DNA of 64,000 nucleotides from Escherichia coli (GTDB lineage Bacteria; Pseudomonadota; Gammaproteobacteria; Enterobacterales; Enterobacteriaceae): NCBI RefSeq assembly GCF_013122565.1, contig NZ_CP053258.1; one strand, 5' to 3'. Shown piece by piece: positions 1 to 9,990 of this stretch (position 1 is its first letter; each line of letters starts with the position of its first letter). The notes under the pieces were generated by a model. It saw only the letters and a program-made list of their open reading frames with translations, ran no database searches and was not told where the DNA came from. The position numbers and the translations under genes were made by a program.

Positions 1-173
1 AGTACACCAAAAACCACGATGACGGTGAACGTAACTTTGGTTGTAGTCAGGGATAAGTAATTTATTACCGGAGAAGTGATTGTAATGGCGGAGTATGCAA
101 CATCATCTTAAATCAACGGGTTAGTGTTGCTGCTCCTGTCTTTTATCAACGTAAAGACAGAAGGACAATCGTC

Positions 174-392
174 ATGAACAATCAACCGAATACCGATACT
201 GACCTGATGAATGACAAACTGGTGACGATGGCATTTATTACCACGTTTACTGGCCTGACCGACAAATGGTTTTATAAACTGATTAGTGAAGGCAAGTTTC
301 CAAAGCCTATCAAACTGGGGCGTAGTTCCCGCTGGCGGGAAAGTGAAGTTAAACGCTGGCTGACGGAACGTATTGCAGAATCCCGCTATTAA
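174..392 (+). CDS. AlpA-family small phage-type transcriptional regulator (72 aa)
   Basis: 72-aa ORF; translation resembles the AlpA/Vis family of P4/CP4-57-type islands as I recall it; assignment from memory, not searched. Confidence 0.6.
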   Translation: MNNQPNTDTDLMNDKLVTMAFITTFTGLTDKWFYKLISEGKFPKPIKLGRSSRWRESEVKRWLTERIAESRY

Positions 393-594
393 TCCCCCTG
401 ACACTATCTCTACACGCTTTACCCATAACGCTATATCAGTGAGCGCCTGACAGGGCCGTTGCTGTGCATCTATCGACGTGTAACTTCATTATGCCCGGAT
501 GAAATACGTTTCGTTTAACGTTGTCGAAAAATAATTAACCGGGGAATAGCCTGCTTATTTAGCAGAAATTCCCCGGATGCAGCCACAGATAAAA

Positions 595-1380
595 TTAGGA
601 ATTAAATGTCCAGCTACCCGTATCGGTCACAATGTCAGCTTCAATGATACGGTCACACTTCATATATTTGAACGTAGCCACATCACCGAATTTATATTTT
701 GCTGGCAGGGTTCTGTTACCGACGCTCTCCATTTTACAGTTCCCTCTGTTTACCCGAATGGATTTCAGCACCACGTTGTCATCAGTGATAGTGAGCTGAA
801 TAACACCATATCTGGTATTCCAGCCTTCATTGCTGACGGAGCTGCCGAACTGAACTTTAAATGGTGGTGTCGTAGATTGCTGTACCTGCTGTTGTTGAGA
901 GGGAGCAGGTTTATTAGCCTGCTGGCTACCAACGCTATTAATGCCATTCTGAAGGAGGCTCCTGGAAACCTTAATGGTACCCGGCTTGCATGATACTGTG
1001 CTGGTTTCCTGCCCCATTGCATTCATGACAGTGTAATAAGCATCACCTGTACCATCATATTCTGAGTAATTGACTGCAACCGCGCCTTCGATATCTTCAT
1101 TTTCTCCACGTAATGTGAAAGAAGCAGTTCCTGCTCCCGGATTAGCCGCCAGAGTCTGTTTCGCTTCGCCGGAAGGAATATCCAGTTTGATAACGGAACC
1201 ACCTTCTTCGGAGTCACCACCTGGCGTTTCAAAACTGATATAAACGGTATTACTGACGTGGCTGAGTGTCATTTGCTCACCGTTATCAAGCAGACATTGC
1301 AGGTCATAGGCCCCGACAGCATAAGCAGGGTGGAATGCAAATAAAGATACAAACAATACAGGTATAATGATTGGTTTCAT
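595..1380 (-). CDS. hypothetical secreted protein (261 aa) with N-terminal signal peptide
   Basis: Hydrophobic N-terminus MKPIIIPVLFVSLFAFHPAYA; Gln-rich linker; starts 12 bp after the upstream GTPase gene, suggesting an operon. Confidence 0.55.
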   Translation of the reverse strand: MKPIIIPVLFVSLFAFHPAYAVGAYDLQCLLDNGEQMTLSHVSNTVYISFETPGGDSEEGGSVIKLDIPSGEAKQTLAANPGAGTASFTLRGENEDIEGAVAVNYSEYDGTGDAYYTVMNAMGQETSTVSCKPGTIKVSRSLLQNGINSVGSQQANKPAPSQQQQVQQSTTPPFKVQFGSSVSNEGWNTRYGVIQLTITDDNVVLKSIRVNRGNCKMESVGNRTLPAKYKFGDVATFKYMKCDRIIEADIVTDTGSWTFNS

Positions 1381-1392
1381 TAAGCACTTTCC

Positions 1393-2406
1393 CTATCCAA
1401 AAAAATGGTCCCAGGCATTACCAGCCCACTCGATAAGTTTGTCTTTCCCCTTACGGGTAAGCTCTTTGACAGGCTTTGGTAACGGAAAAGAATCAATAAC
1501 GTCGTCGAGTATCCCGGAGATTACGCTGCCAAAGCCGTTTTTTGCTTCCGTCTTTACTTCGTCGGTTTTGAACTCATCCTTAACCTGCGAAGCCGTGCTA
1601 CTTTTAGCCCGATCAGGCAAAGCCCGAATAATAGTCTCTACCAGACGAAGAATGTTGTAGCCCTCATCGGCGGAGACAGGTGTCACCGGATAGTGCGTAA
1701 AACCAAATCGTTCAGTAATGTAGGCTTCTTTCTTTTCGATGTTGATGCGCTGTGCAGGAGATGGCTGATGCAGATGAGTATCCCACTCGCGGAATGGCTC
1801 AATTTTATCAACCTGGTTAAGGACGAATAAAACGCGCTCACCCCCACCAGCAGGGAGCAGAACATTGTTGTAGAAATGCTCATCCGCAGAAAAGGCCCGA
1901 TCGTCTCCTTTTATTACCCACAGGATAAGATCCAGGGAGGGAAGCAAATTGCGGTATAAATCTTCATACTCCTTATCCCGCCGGGCATTCTCACCGACAC
2001 CAGGTATATCAATGATCTTTAGCGAATGTTTGCCGAAGCGTATACGCAATTCCTGAACTTCGCGAGTACATGCCTCAACGTCGCTAACTGCACAAACCTC
2101 CCCTTTAAACAGCGCATTACATACGCTGCTTTTCCCCGCGCCTGTTTTTCCCATGACACCAATCACGGGTTCATAGTCGATGGCTTCACTGATTTTGTTC
2201 AACAGCTTTTCCCGCAGTGGCTGAGGGAAAATATCAAGAATATCCCTGATGTCGGGTATGTGCGGTTTGCTATCACCTTTTTGCTCGTTGCTACCATTAC
2301 GTTCTGGAAATATATTGCCCCACATTCCAAAAATCCCGCCTTCCCTTCTGGTGACGCCACTGGCATCAGTAATCATCCGGCCTTCGCCCTTTACCGGGTC
2401 ATCCAT
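1393..2406 (-). CDS. YeeP/YfjP/YkfA-like prophage GTPase (337 aa)
   Basis: P-loop GKTGAGKSS and DIPG G3 motif in translation; this family is typical of CP4-type cryptic prophages in E. coli. Confidence 0.7.
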   Translation of the reverse strand: MDDPVKGEGRMITDASGVTRREGGIFGMWGNIFPERNGSNEQKGDSKPHIPDIRDILDIFPQPLREKLLNKISEAIDYEPVIGVMGKTGAGKSSVCNALFKGEVCAVSDVEACTREVQELRIRFGKHSLKIIDIPGVGENARRDKEYEDLYRNLLPSLDLILWVIKGDDRAFSADEHFYNNVLLPAGGGERVLFVLNQVDKIEPFREWDTHLHQPSPAQRINIEKKEAYITERFGFTHYPVTPVSADEGYNILRLVETIIRALPDRAKSSTASQVKDEFKTDEVKTEAKNGFGSVISGILDDVIDSFPLPKPVKELTRKGKDKLIEWAGNAWDHFFG

Positions 2407-2445
2407 ACGAGGTCTCCTTTTTTAATTTGAAATAAACGTTGTCTG

Positions 2446-3129
2446 TTACTCTCTGAAGGTCTGAATTACGTCACTTATGAAACGAAAGTGAGGGAGGGCT
2501 GAAATGAACTCTTCACTGGCAGTCAGAGCGTCAAGTTCAGGCTTTCTGCGAAAAGAAGTATCCAGAACAGTTACAGCGTTAACGTCTTCCATCCGAAACA
2601 CCTGTAAATTTCTGGTGCGGGTAGCAACAAGAAACCAGTTTTTGGACTGAAATATCAGACGGCGGGGAGCTACTGCTTCGTAGCTTTTACCGTTAACTAA
2701 TAATGTAACGGCGCGGTAGTCGCGGATAGCTTCCGCCAGTTCCAGAAAACAGGCAGTCTGCGTGACGGGAGAAGATAATGCCCCATGCCCAATAAGACAC
2801 GGCGATACGCCGGAATTGCTGGCAATCAACCGGATCAACTTGCGGTTCTGAGCCGGAATGATTCCTGAAATTCCTGAATTACGTATAAACGCAAATGTAT
2901 TGGGTGAGTGCTCCCGGCCTGTTTGGCGGATAAGTCGGTAACTTCCGCTGCGATGCTCAAGATCCAGATGGATCAGGCGTTGCTGAAAATCCCGCTGTAG
3001 GGTGCGTTCTGAGACACCAAATTCATCAGCTAATGCTTTAAGCTCCAGAGATTCGCCAGCCAGTAAGCGGCTGATAATGACCGATAGCCTGACAGACAGG
3101 CGGTCATAATGATCATGCTGTGTTTTCAT
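2446..3129 (-). CDS. YfjR-like HTH transcriptional regulator (possibly WYL-domain)
   Basis: Translation from the internal Met MKTQHDHYDRLSVRL...GVSERTLQRDF has an N-terminal HTH; the ORF track extends to 3216 but no RBS is visible there; start uncertain. Confidence 0.55.
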   Translation of the reverse strand: MKTQHDHYDRLSVRLSVIISRLLAGESLELKALADEFGVSERTLQRDFQQRLIHLDLEHRSGSYRLIRQTGREHSPNTFAFIRNSGISGIIPAQNRKLIRLIASNSGVSPCLIGHGALSSPVTQTACFLELAEAIRDYRAVTLLVNGKSYEAVAPRRLIFQSKNWFLVATRTRNLQVFRMEDVNAVTVLDTSFRRKPELDALTASEEFISALPHFRFISDVIQTFRE

Positions 3130-3703
3130 AGTGGGGACAGTCCTGTTCTCCCAAAATATCATGGTATTGATACAGGAGATTATGCCGTACAGGTACGACA
3201 CGTTATGTCGTACCAAATGGGGAGTGGTTTGAAAAAATGGCGAAGATGCGAAGAGTTGATTAATTCATTGAAATAAAATGAATTAATAATGATTTTGGGT
3301 AAAAGCGGCATCAAAATACGACACTACCTGTCGTATTTTGTGTTAGCCGGGAAAGGATATCTGTTACTTACTAAAATGATTTAGTGCTGAAAATATTTAT
3401 AAGCTAATAAATAGACAGGTATTACGGAGTAACGCCCAGGCTATGTTAACGAGCCCGCTGTTTTATTGGCTCAAAAAACATATCCCATAGATGTTCAGCC
3501 ATACCCTCGTTAGTGAGCAAGGTATCCCTTGAGTAGCCAGGGCTGAAGACGCCCATTGATGGGCGAAAACCAAGGATCTGGCCGTTAGAACAGTTATGTC
3601 GTTAAACACATCACCACCATATGCCATCCGGCTCACTTCGTCGGCCAAATTAGTGTGATATTCTTTCCAGAAATGCTGTTGTATCCACGACATAAGGCGA
3701 TGA

Positions 3704-6700
3704 TTGATGGAGCAGTCTCTCAATTTTGAAATGTTGCGCAGCCAGTGGCCGGAACTGGCTGAACTCGCGTGCATGGCGGAACACTATGTTCACTCCGATC
3801 CGGAAAGCTGTCTGGTCAAGCTGCGCAACTACACCGAATTGATGGTGCGCTGGTTGTATCGTCAGGAGCGGTTGCCGGAAGGTATTAAGGCTAATCTTTA
3901 CGATTTAATGAATGCTGATGTCTTTACCAGCATGATGCCGGAAGCCATCATCATGAAAATGGATGCGCTGCGTATCCATGGCAACCGTGCCGCGCACGGC
4001 GGACGTATCAAAGCTAAAGATACTTACTGGCTGCTCAAAGAAGCGTATTTGTTGGGAATTTGGCTGTATGTTCGCTACGCCCACGGTAATGTTGATGACT
4101 GCCCCAAATTTACACTCCCTCCATTAACACCATCTTCAGGTCGTGCAGATGAAAAACGTCTGGAAGATGCAATCAAGGCTCAGGATGAAAGCCGTGAGCG
4201 CGAACTGGCGCTACAACGCGCACTACAGCAAGAACAGGAAAAGGCCGAACACCTCACTCAACGCCTGAATGAAGCCAGAGCGCGTAACCAGCATGTTGCC
4301 GATATTCTCTCTATTGATGAAGCGGAAACCCGCCGTCGCCTGATTGACTCTCGCCTGCTTGCTGCTGACTGGAATGTAGGCGAAGAACTTAATAATACCG
4401 ATCAGGTCACGCAGGAACACCCCGTTAAAGAACAACCTACTGCAACCGGTGACGGTTATGCAGACTATGTCTTGTGGGATGAGGCACACAAACCGCTGGC
4501 GGTGGTGGAAGCCAAAAAAACTAGTGTCAATGCCGAGCAAGGACGAATTCAGGCCCGGCTGTATGCAGACTGGCTGGAAAAAGAATACGGTCAGCGTCCG
4601 GTCATCTTCTACACCAACGGCTATGATATCTGGCTGTGGGATGACCATAAAACTCATGGTTATCCCCCGCGTCGGGTGTTTGGCTTCTACAGCAAGGAAA
4701 GCCTGCAATATCTTATTCAGCAGCGTGAAACCCGTCTGCCGCTGAACAGAGTGCCACACGTAAAAGATAACGAAGGTAAGGCCGTTGCCGGACGTTTGTA
4801 CCAGCTCGAAACCATTGCCCGCGTCAGTGAACGGTTTACCAACAAGTACCGACAATCGTTAATTGTTCAGGCTACGGGTACAGGCAAAACCCGCGTGGCA
4901 ATTGCACTAAGCAAACTGATGATTGATGCCCGCTGGGTAAAACGCGTCCTGTTTCTTTGCGACCGTAAAGAGCTGCGTAAACAGGCGGCAAATGCCTTTA
5001 ATCAATTCACCAATGAGCCGCTGTATGTGGTCGGGAAATCGAAGAAAGCAGACAGGCAGAACGCCAGGATCTACATCGCTACCTATCCCGGTATGATGAA
5101 AATCATGGACCATTTCGATGTCGGATATTTCGATCTGATTATCGCCGATGAATCCCATCGCTCTATCTACAACGTTTACGGCGATCTGTTTAAGTATTTT
5201 GATGCCCTCCAGATTGGCCTGACGGCCACGCCGATCGACATGGTGAGTAAAACGACTTTCGGCCTGTTTGGTTGTGAAGGACGTATCCCTACCGCCAACT
5301 ACAGTCTGGAAGATGCCATCGCCGATAACAATCTGGTTCCCTATGAGGTTGTCACGCACACCACAGAATTCCTGCGCGAAGGCATCAAACGGGAGAAATT
5401 AAGCGACACACAAATCCGCGAGCTGGAAGAACAAGGCATAGATCCCAATACGCTGGAGTTTGATGGCAAGGCGCTGGATGAGGCGATCTACAACAAAGAC
5501 ACCAACCGCTATATCCTGCGTAACCTGATGGAAAATGGCCTGAAAGATCGGGACGGCCAGTTGCCAGGTAAAACCATCATTTTCGCCCGTAACCACAAAC
5601 ACGCGCTGCTGTTGAATGAATTGTTCGACGATATGTACCCGCAGTTTGCCGGGCGCTTCTGCCAGGTCATCGACAATTACGATCCCCGCGCCGAGCAACT
5701 GATTGATGATTTTAAAGGGCTGGATGAAAGCACTAACAAAGAGCTAACCATCGCTATCTCCGTTGACATGCTCGATACCGGTATTGATGTCCCGGAGATT
5801 GTGAATCTGGTCTTTGCCAAACCGGTCAAATCAAAAGTGAAATTCTGGCAGATGATTGGCCGTGGTACGCGCCTCTGTCCGGGGTTGTACGGTTACGACG
5901 ATAACGGCAAACCTCTGGATAAACAGAAATTCCGCATTTTCGATCACTGGGGCAATTTTGAGTATCACGAACTGCATACCGAAGAGGCCGAAGTCACAGC
6001 GACAAAATCGCTTGCACAAAAACGCTTCGAAGCGTGGGTTATGCTGGGGGCCGCTGCGCAACGTAAATTCGACAAACAGGCGGTGGATTTAGTTGCTCAC
6101 CAGCTTCGCGAGCAAATCAACGCACTGGATGAAAAGTCGATTGCCGTACAGGAAAAGTGGCAGCAAAAAGCGCAGTACAGTGATGAAAAGGTGCTGCGCC
6201 AGCTTTCTCCGAAAACACAGCAGGATCTGCTATCTGTTCTGGCCCCGCTGATGCAGTGGCTGGACGTGCGCGGGCAAAGCGATGCCATACGCTTTGATAT
6301 GGATATTCTGGCGGCGCAAACTGCCCGTTATACCAACCCGGAAGAGCTGGATGTGCTCTGGCCGGCCATCGTCGAAAAAGTGGAGCGCCTGCCGCCGCAT
6401 TTGGCGCAGGTGCAGCAACAGGGACAGCGGATCAATCAGCTTCGTGATTTAAGCTGGTGGAAGCAGGCCAGCCTGGAAGAGCTGGAGGATATTCGCATTC
6501 ATTTGCGCGGTATCATGCACCTGATGGAAAAAGACGCGACGCCTAAATTTGGTTCGATACAGGTGGATATTACCGAAGATGCGAACCTGATCCAGACGGA
6601 GACCCGCAAAACTAATATCCGCTCGATTGATTTCAAACTCTATCGCCAGCAGGTTCAGGGGGCGCTGGAGCCGCTGTTCCAGCAAAACCCGGTTCTGAAG

Positions 6701-7120
6701 AAAATCCGCAACGGCGAGCCAGTCACGCAAAACGAGCTTGATGAACTGGCGAAGCTGGTGCTGATCCAGAACCCCAACGTTGATATCCGGGCACTGAAAG
6801 AGTTCTATCCGCAGGCAACCGCCAGCCTGGATAAACTTTTGCGTACCATCATCGGGATGGACAGCGACGCGGTGGAAGTGCGCTTTGCTCAGTTCGCCGC
6901 TGATAACAGTCTAACCAGCCAACAACTGCGCTTCCTGTCATTGCTGAAAAACCACATTCGCGATTACGGCACCATTGAAATGCGGCAGCTCTTTGAACAG
7001 CCTTTTACGCATATCCACAACGAAGGCGTTACCGGTGTGTTCCCTGATATAGAGCAGATCGCCCGCCTGCAAAAGATAGTCGAAGAGCTGGGTGTTGTGA
7101 CCGACGCAGCGACGGTATAA
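3704..7120 (+). CDS. hsdR: Type I restriction enzyme R subunit HsdR (1138 aa)
   Basis: PD-(D/E)xK-like motif DYVLWDEAHKPLAVVEAKK; helicase motif I ATGTGKT, motif II IIADESH, motif III LTATP; followed by hsdM/hsdS. Likely ATG start at 3707 (RBS AAGG ~9 nt upstream); track start 3704 is TTG. Confidence 0.9.
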   Translation: MMEQSLNFEMLRSQWPELAELACMAEHYVHSDPESCLVKLRNYTELMVRWLYRQERLPEGIKANLYDLMNADVFTSMMPEAIIMKMDALRIHGNRAAHGGRIKAKDTYWLLKEAYLLGIWLYVRYAHGNVDDCPKFTLPPLTPSSGRADEKRLEDAIKAQDESRERELALQRALQQEQEKAEHLTQRLNEARARNQHVADILSIDEAETRRRLIDSRLLAADWNVGEELNNTDQVTQEHPVKEQPTATGDGYADYVLWDEAHKPLAVVEAKKTSVNAEQGRIQARLYADWLEKEYGQRPVIFYTNGYDIWLWDDHKTHGYPPRRVFGFYSKESLQYLIQQRETRLPLNRVPHVKDNEGKAVAGRLYQLETIARVSERFTNKYRQSLIVQATGTGKTRVAIALSKLMIDARWVKRVLFLCDRKELRKQAANAFNQFTNEPLYVVGKSKKADRQNARIYIATYPGMMKIMDHFDVGYFDLIIADESHRSIYNVYGDLFKYFDALQIGLTATPIDMVSKTTFGLFGCEGRIPTANYSLEDAIADNNLVPYEVVTHTTEFLREGIKREKLSDTQIRELEEQGIDPNTLEFDGKALDEAIYNKDTNRYILRNLMENGLKDRDGQLPGKTIIFARNHKHALLLNELFDDMYPQFAGRFCQVIDNYDPRAEQLIDDFKGLDESTNKELTIAISVDMLDTGIDVPEIVNLVFAKPVKSKVKFWQMIGRGTRLCPGLYGYDDNGKPLDKQKFRIFDHWGNFEYHELHTEEAEVTATKSLAQKRFEAWVMLGAAAQRKFDKQAVDLVAHQLREQINALDEKSIAVQEKWQQKAQYSDEKVLRQLSPKTQQDLLSVLAPLMQWLDVRGQSDAIRFDMDILAAQTARYTNPEELDVLWPAIVEKVERLPPHLAQVQQQGQRINQLRDLSWWKQASLEELEDIRIHLRGIMHLMEKDATPKFGSIQVDITEDANLIQTETRKTNIRSIDFKLYRQQVQGALEPLFQQNPVLKKIRNGEPVTQNELDELAKLVLIQNPNVDIRALKEFYPQATASLDKLLRTIIGMDSDAVEVRFAQFAADNSLTSQQLRFLSLLKNHIRDYGTIEMRQLFEQPFTHIHNEGVTGVFPDIEQIARLQKIVEELGVVTDAATV

Positions 7121-7134
7121 TACACGCATGACAA

Positions 7135-7160
7135 GCCCCGGCAGCGGGGCTTTTGTATTT
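7135..7160 (+). terminator. Rho-independent terminator-like hairpin after hsdR
   Basis: gccccg-gcag-cggggc stem-loop followed by ttttgtattt. Confidence 0.6.
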
Positions 7161-7183
7161 AAAACAGGATATAAACGCTAACA

Positions 7184-8818
7184 ATGATCACTGGTGACTT
7201 AAAAAGTAAAATCGACGGACTATGGGAAGATTTCTGGGTGGGTGGTATCACCAACCCGCTGACTGTAATCGAACAGATCACCTATCTAATGTATTCCCGG
7301 ATGCTGGATACCCAGGAACAACGTGACGAGAAGCGTAAACAAATCGCGGGTATTGATTTTAAACCGCGTTTTACGCCAGAACAGCAGGAGTTCCGTTTCA
7401 GTCACTATAGCAATCTTGGCTCGGATGAGATGATGGAAGTGGTGCGCGATGGCGTATTCCAGCATTTTCGTCAGCTCGGCCTGGCTGATGCATCAAAGGT
7501 GACACTGCTGGGCAACTTTATGAAAGATGCTCGTCTAGAGATTGTTAAGCCGTCATTGCTGACCAAAGCGGTTGAGGTGATCAAAAACCTGCCGCTCGAT
7601 CGCGGCGATACCAAAGGCGATCTCTACGAGTACCTGTTGAGCAAGCTAACTACCGCCGGGATCAACGGTCAGTTCCGCACGCCACGCCACATTATCCGCA
7701 CGATGGTTGAAATGATGGAGCCGAATCCCGCCCGCGGCGAGACGATTTGCGATCCAGCCTGTGGCACCGGTGGTTTTCTGGCAACCAGCTATGAATATCT
7801 GCTGGAGAAGTACAGCTCGCTGGAATCCATCCATACTGAGATTGGCACCAACGAACGTGGCGAGCTGGAAGAGCAAAAAATCTTTACCGGCGATCTGCTG
7901 ACGCCATGGCGTAACCATGTGGATAACAATATGTTCCACGGTTACGACTTTGATACCACCATGCTGCGTATCGCCGCCATGAACCTGATTATGCACGGCG
8001 TGGAAGCGCCTGATATCCACTATCAGGACACCATGAGCCAGAGCTTCAGCACAAACTTCCCGCAGGCCAGTAAAAACGCTTTCAACCTGATTCTGGCAAA
8101 CCCGCCGTTTACCGGTTCACTGGACGAGGAAGATATCGACTCCACGCTGTCGGCAATGGTGAAAACAAAAAAAACCGAACTGCTGTTCCTGGCGCGAATT
8201 CTGCAAATGCTGAAAGTGGGCGGGCGAAGTGCCACTATCGTGCCGCAGGGCGTGCTGTTTGGCTCCAGTAAGGCGCACCAGTCACTTCGCAAAACGTTGG
8301 TGGAAGATAACCAATTGGAAGCGGTGATCAACCTGCCTTCCGGCGTATTTAAACCTTACGCTGGCGTGGCGACGGCGATCCTGATCTTTACCAAAGGCGG
8401 TCAAACGGATGAGGTCTGGTTCTACGATCTACAAAATGACGGCTACAGCCTGGATGATAAGCGCAACCCGATAAAAGACAACGATCTGCCGCATCTGCTG
8501 GCAAGCTGGAAGCATTACCGTACTTTACGCGGGCTACCGGTTGATAACTTTATGGGTGAGAAGTTAGCCTCATTGCTGAAACAGCAGTACCCGGAAGGGA
8601 TTGATGCTGGCGTTGATTTTAAAGATCGCACGCAGGCGGCATTTGTGGTGCCGAAAGAAGATATTGCTGCGCAGAAATACGATCTCTCTATCAATCGTTA
8701 TAAAGAGGTGGTGTATCAGGCGGAGGAATATGAAGATCCGAAGGTGATACTGAAACGATTAAAAGATCTGGAAAAAGAGATTCTGGCGGATCTGGATGAG
8801 CTGGAGGGGATGCTGTGA
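7184..8818 (+). CDS. hsdM: Type I R-M N6-adenine DNA methyltransferase HsdM (544 aa)
   Basis: Motif I-like PACGTGGFL and catalytic NPPF (LANPPFTGS) in translation; stop overlaps hsdS start (ATGA-type overlap at 8815-8818). Confidence 0.9.
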   Translation: MITGDLKSKIDGLWEDFWVGGITNPLTVIEQITYLMYSRMLDTQEQRDEKRKQIAGIDFKPRFTPEQQEFRFSHYSNLGSDEMMEVVRDGVFQHFRQLGLADASKVTLLGNFMKDARLEIVKPSLLTKAVEVIKNLPLDRGDTKGDLYEYLLSKLTTAGINGQFRTPRHIIRTMVEMMEPNPARGETICDPACGTGGFLATSYEYLLEKYSSLESIHTEIGTNERGELEEQKIFTGDLLTPWRNHVDNNMFHGYDFDTTMLRIAAMNLIMHGVEAPDIHYQDTMSQSFSTNFPQASKNAFNLILANPPFTGSLDEEDIDSTLSAMVKTKKTELLFLARILQMLKVGGRSATIVPQGVLFGSSKAHQSLRKTLVEDNQLEAVINLPSGVFKPYAGVATAILIFTKGGQTDEVWFYDLQNDGYSLDDKRNPIKDNDLPHLLASWKHYRTLRGLPVDNFMGEKLASLLKQQYPEGIDAGVDFKDRTQAAFVVPKEDIAAQKYDLSINRYKEVVYQAEEYEDPKVILKRLKDLEKEILADLDELEGML

Positions 8819-9990
8819 GCAGGAAAGAATATTCCTTTATTGAAGTATGTGATATCCAAGGAGGAACTCAGCCTCCAAAGGACGAGTTTGTTTATGAAAA
8901 AAAAGATGGATATATAAGGCTTTTACAAATCCAAGATTTTAAAAGAGAGGATAAAACTGTTTATATTAAGGATAGGCATACTCTGAAAAAATGTAATGAC
9001 GATGATATTCTAATAGGTAGATATGGAGCATCTATTGGAAAAATTCTCTCTGGGTTATCAGGAGCATATAACGTTGCTTTGGTTAAAGCCATCCCTGATT
9101 TAAAAAAAATAAACAAGAGATTTTTATGGCATTTTTTAAACAGTGTAGTATTTCAAGAATTTATAAAAAATGTTTCTACTCGAGCCGCTCAAGCTGGGTT
9201 TAATAAGGATGACTTAGCAAAGCTAAAAATATATTTACCATCTTTAAATGAGCAAGTGAAAATTGCTTCTGTTCTTGATTTATCTGATGCCATACGCAAA
9301 AAACGAGAACAAACTATCAAACTGGCTGATGATTTTTTGCGTGCTACGTTTTTGGAGATGTTTGGTGATCCTGTTGAAAACCCTAAAGGATGGAAAAAGG
9401 ATAAAATAAAAAAAGGTGTGTTAGGCATTGCTTCAGGATGGAGTGCCACTGGAGAAAATATACCCTGTAAATCTGATGAATTTGGCGTGTTGAAAATCAG
9501 CTCGGTGACTTCTGGAGTATTCAAACCAGAAGAAAATAAAGTGGTAGCCTGTGAATCCATTCCCGCTTCAAAAAAACTTATTCACCCTAAAAAGGGAGAT
9601 TTGCTATTTAGTCGCGCAAATACCAGAGAGTTAGTTGCTGCGATATGCATGGTTCATCAGGATTATGACAACCTTTTCCTTCCTGATAAACTATGGTCTA
9701 TTAAGTTAAATCATAAGCTATTGCTACCAGAGTTCTTTCTCATCTTAATACAAAATGAAAAAGTCCGTGAGTTACTAACAAAACAAGCGACCGGAACAAG
9801 TGGGTCGATGCTAAATATATCTAAAAATAAATTTGAAGAAACTGAAATTATCTTCCCAGAGATCAATGTTCAAAAAGATTTTTGCAATACTTTCAGAAAA
9901 ACAATAAATTTGAAAACAAAGTTAATAAAAAGTAATGAATTAGCTAATGAGTCATTTAATTCATTATCTCAAAAGGTATTTCAGCAATGA
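8815..9990 (+). CDS. hsdS: Type I R-M specificity subunit HsdS (391 aa)
   Basis: Position immediately after hsdM with start/stop overlap; AT-rich, Lys/Asn-rich translation typical of S subunits; target-recognition domains not individually verified. Confidence 0.8.
   Translation: MSRKEYSFIEVCDIQGGTQPPKDEFVYEKKDGYIRLLQIQDFKREDKTVYIKDRHTLKKCNDDDILIGRYGASIGKILSGLSGAYNVALVKAIPDLKKINKRFLWHFLNSVVFQEFIKNVSTRAAQAGFNKDDLAKLKIYLPSLNEQVKIASVLDLSDAIRKKREQTIKLADDFLRATFLEMFGDPVENPKGWKKDKIKKGVLGIASGWSATGENIPCKSDEFGVLKISSVTSGVFKPEENKVVACESIPASKKLIHPKKGDLLFSRANTRELVAAICMVHQDYDNLFLPDKLWSIKLNHKLLLPEFFLILIQNEKVRELLTKQATGTSGSMLNISKNKFEETEIIFPEINVQKDFCNTFRKTINLKTKLIKSNELANESFNSLSQKVFQQ

Noticed and set aside
577-993. 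138-aa plus-strand ORF overlapping the secreted-protein gene
   Set aside because: Overlaps the better-supported minus-strand gene (signal peptide, operon spacing with the GTPase gene); no RBS or recognisable motif.
3463-3774. 103-aa minus-strand ORF overlapping the hsdR start and promoter region
   Set aside because: Overlaps the hsdR start codon and RBS; no support beyond being an open frame.
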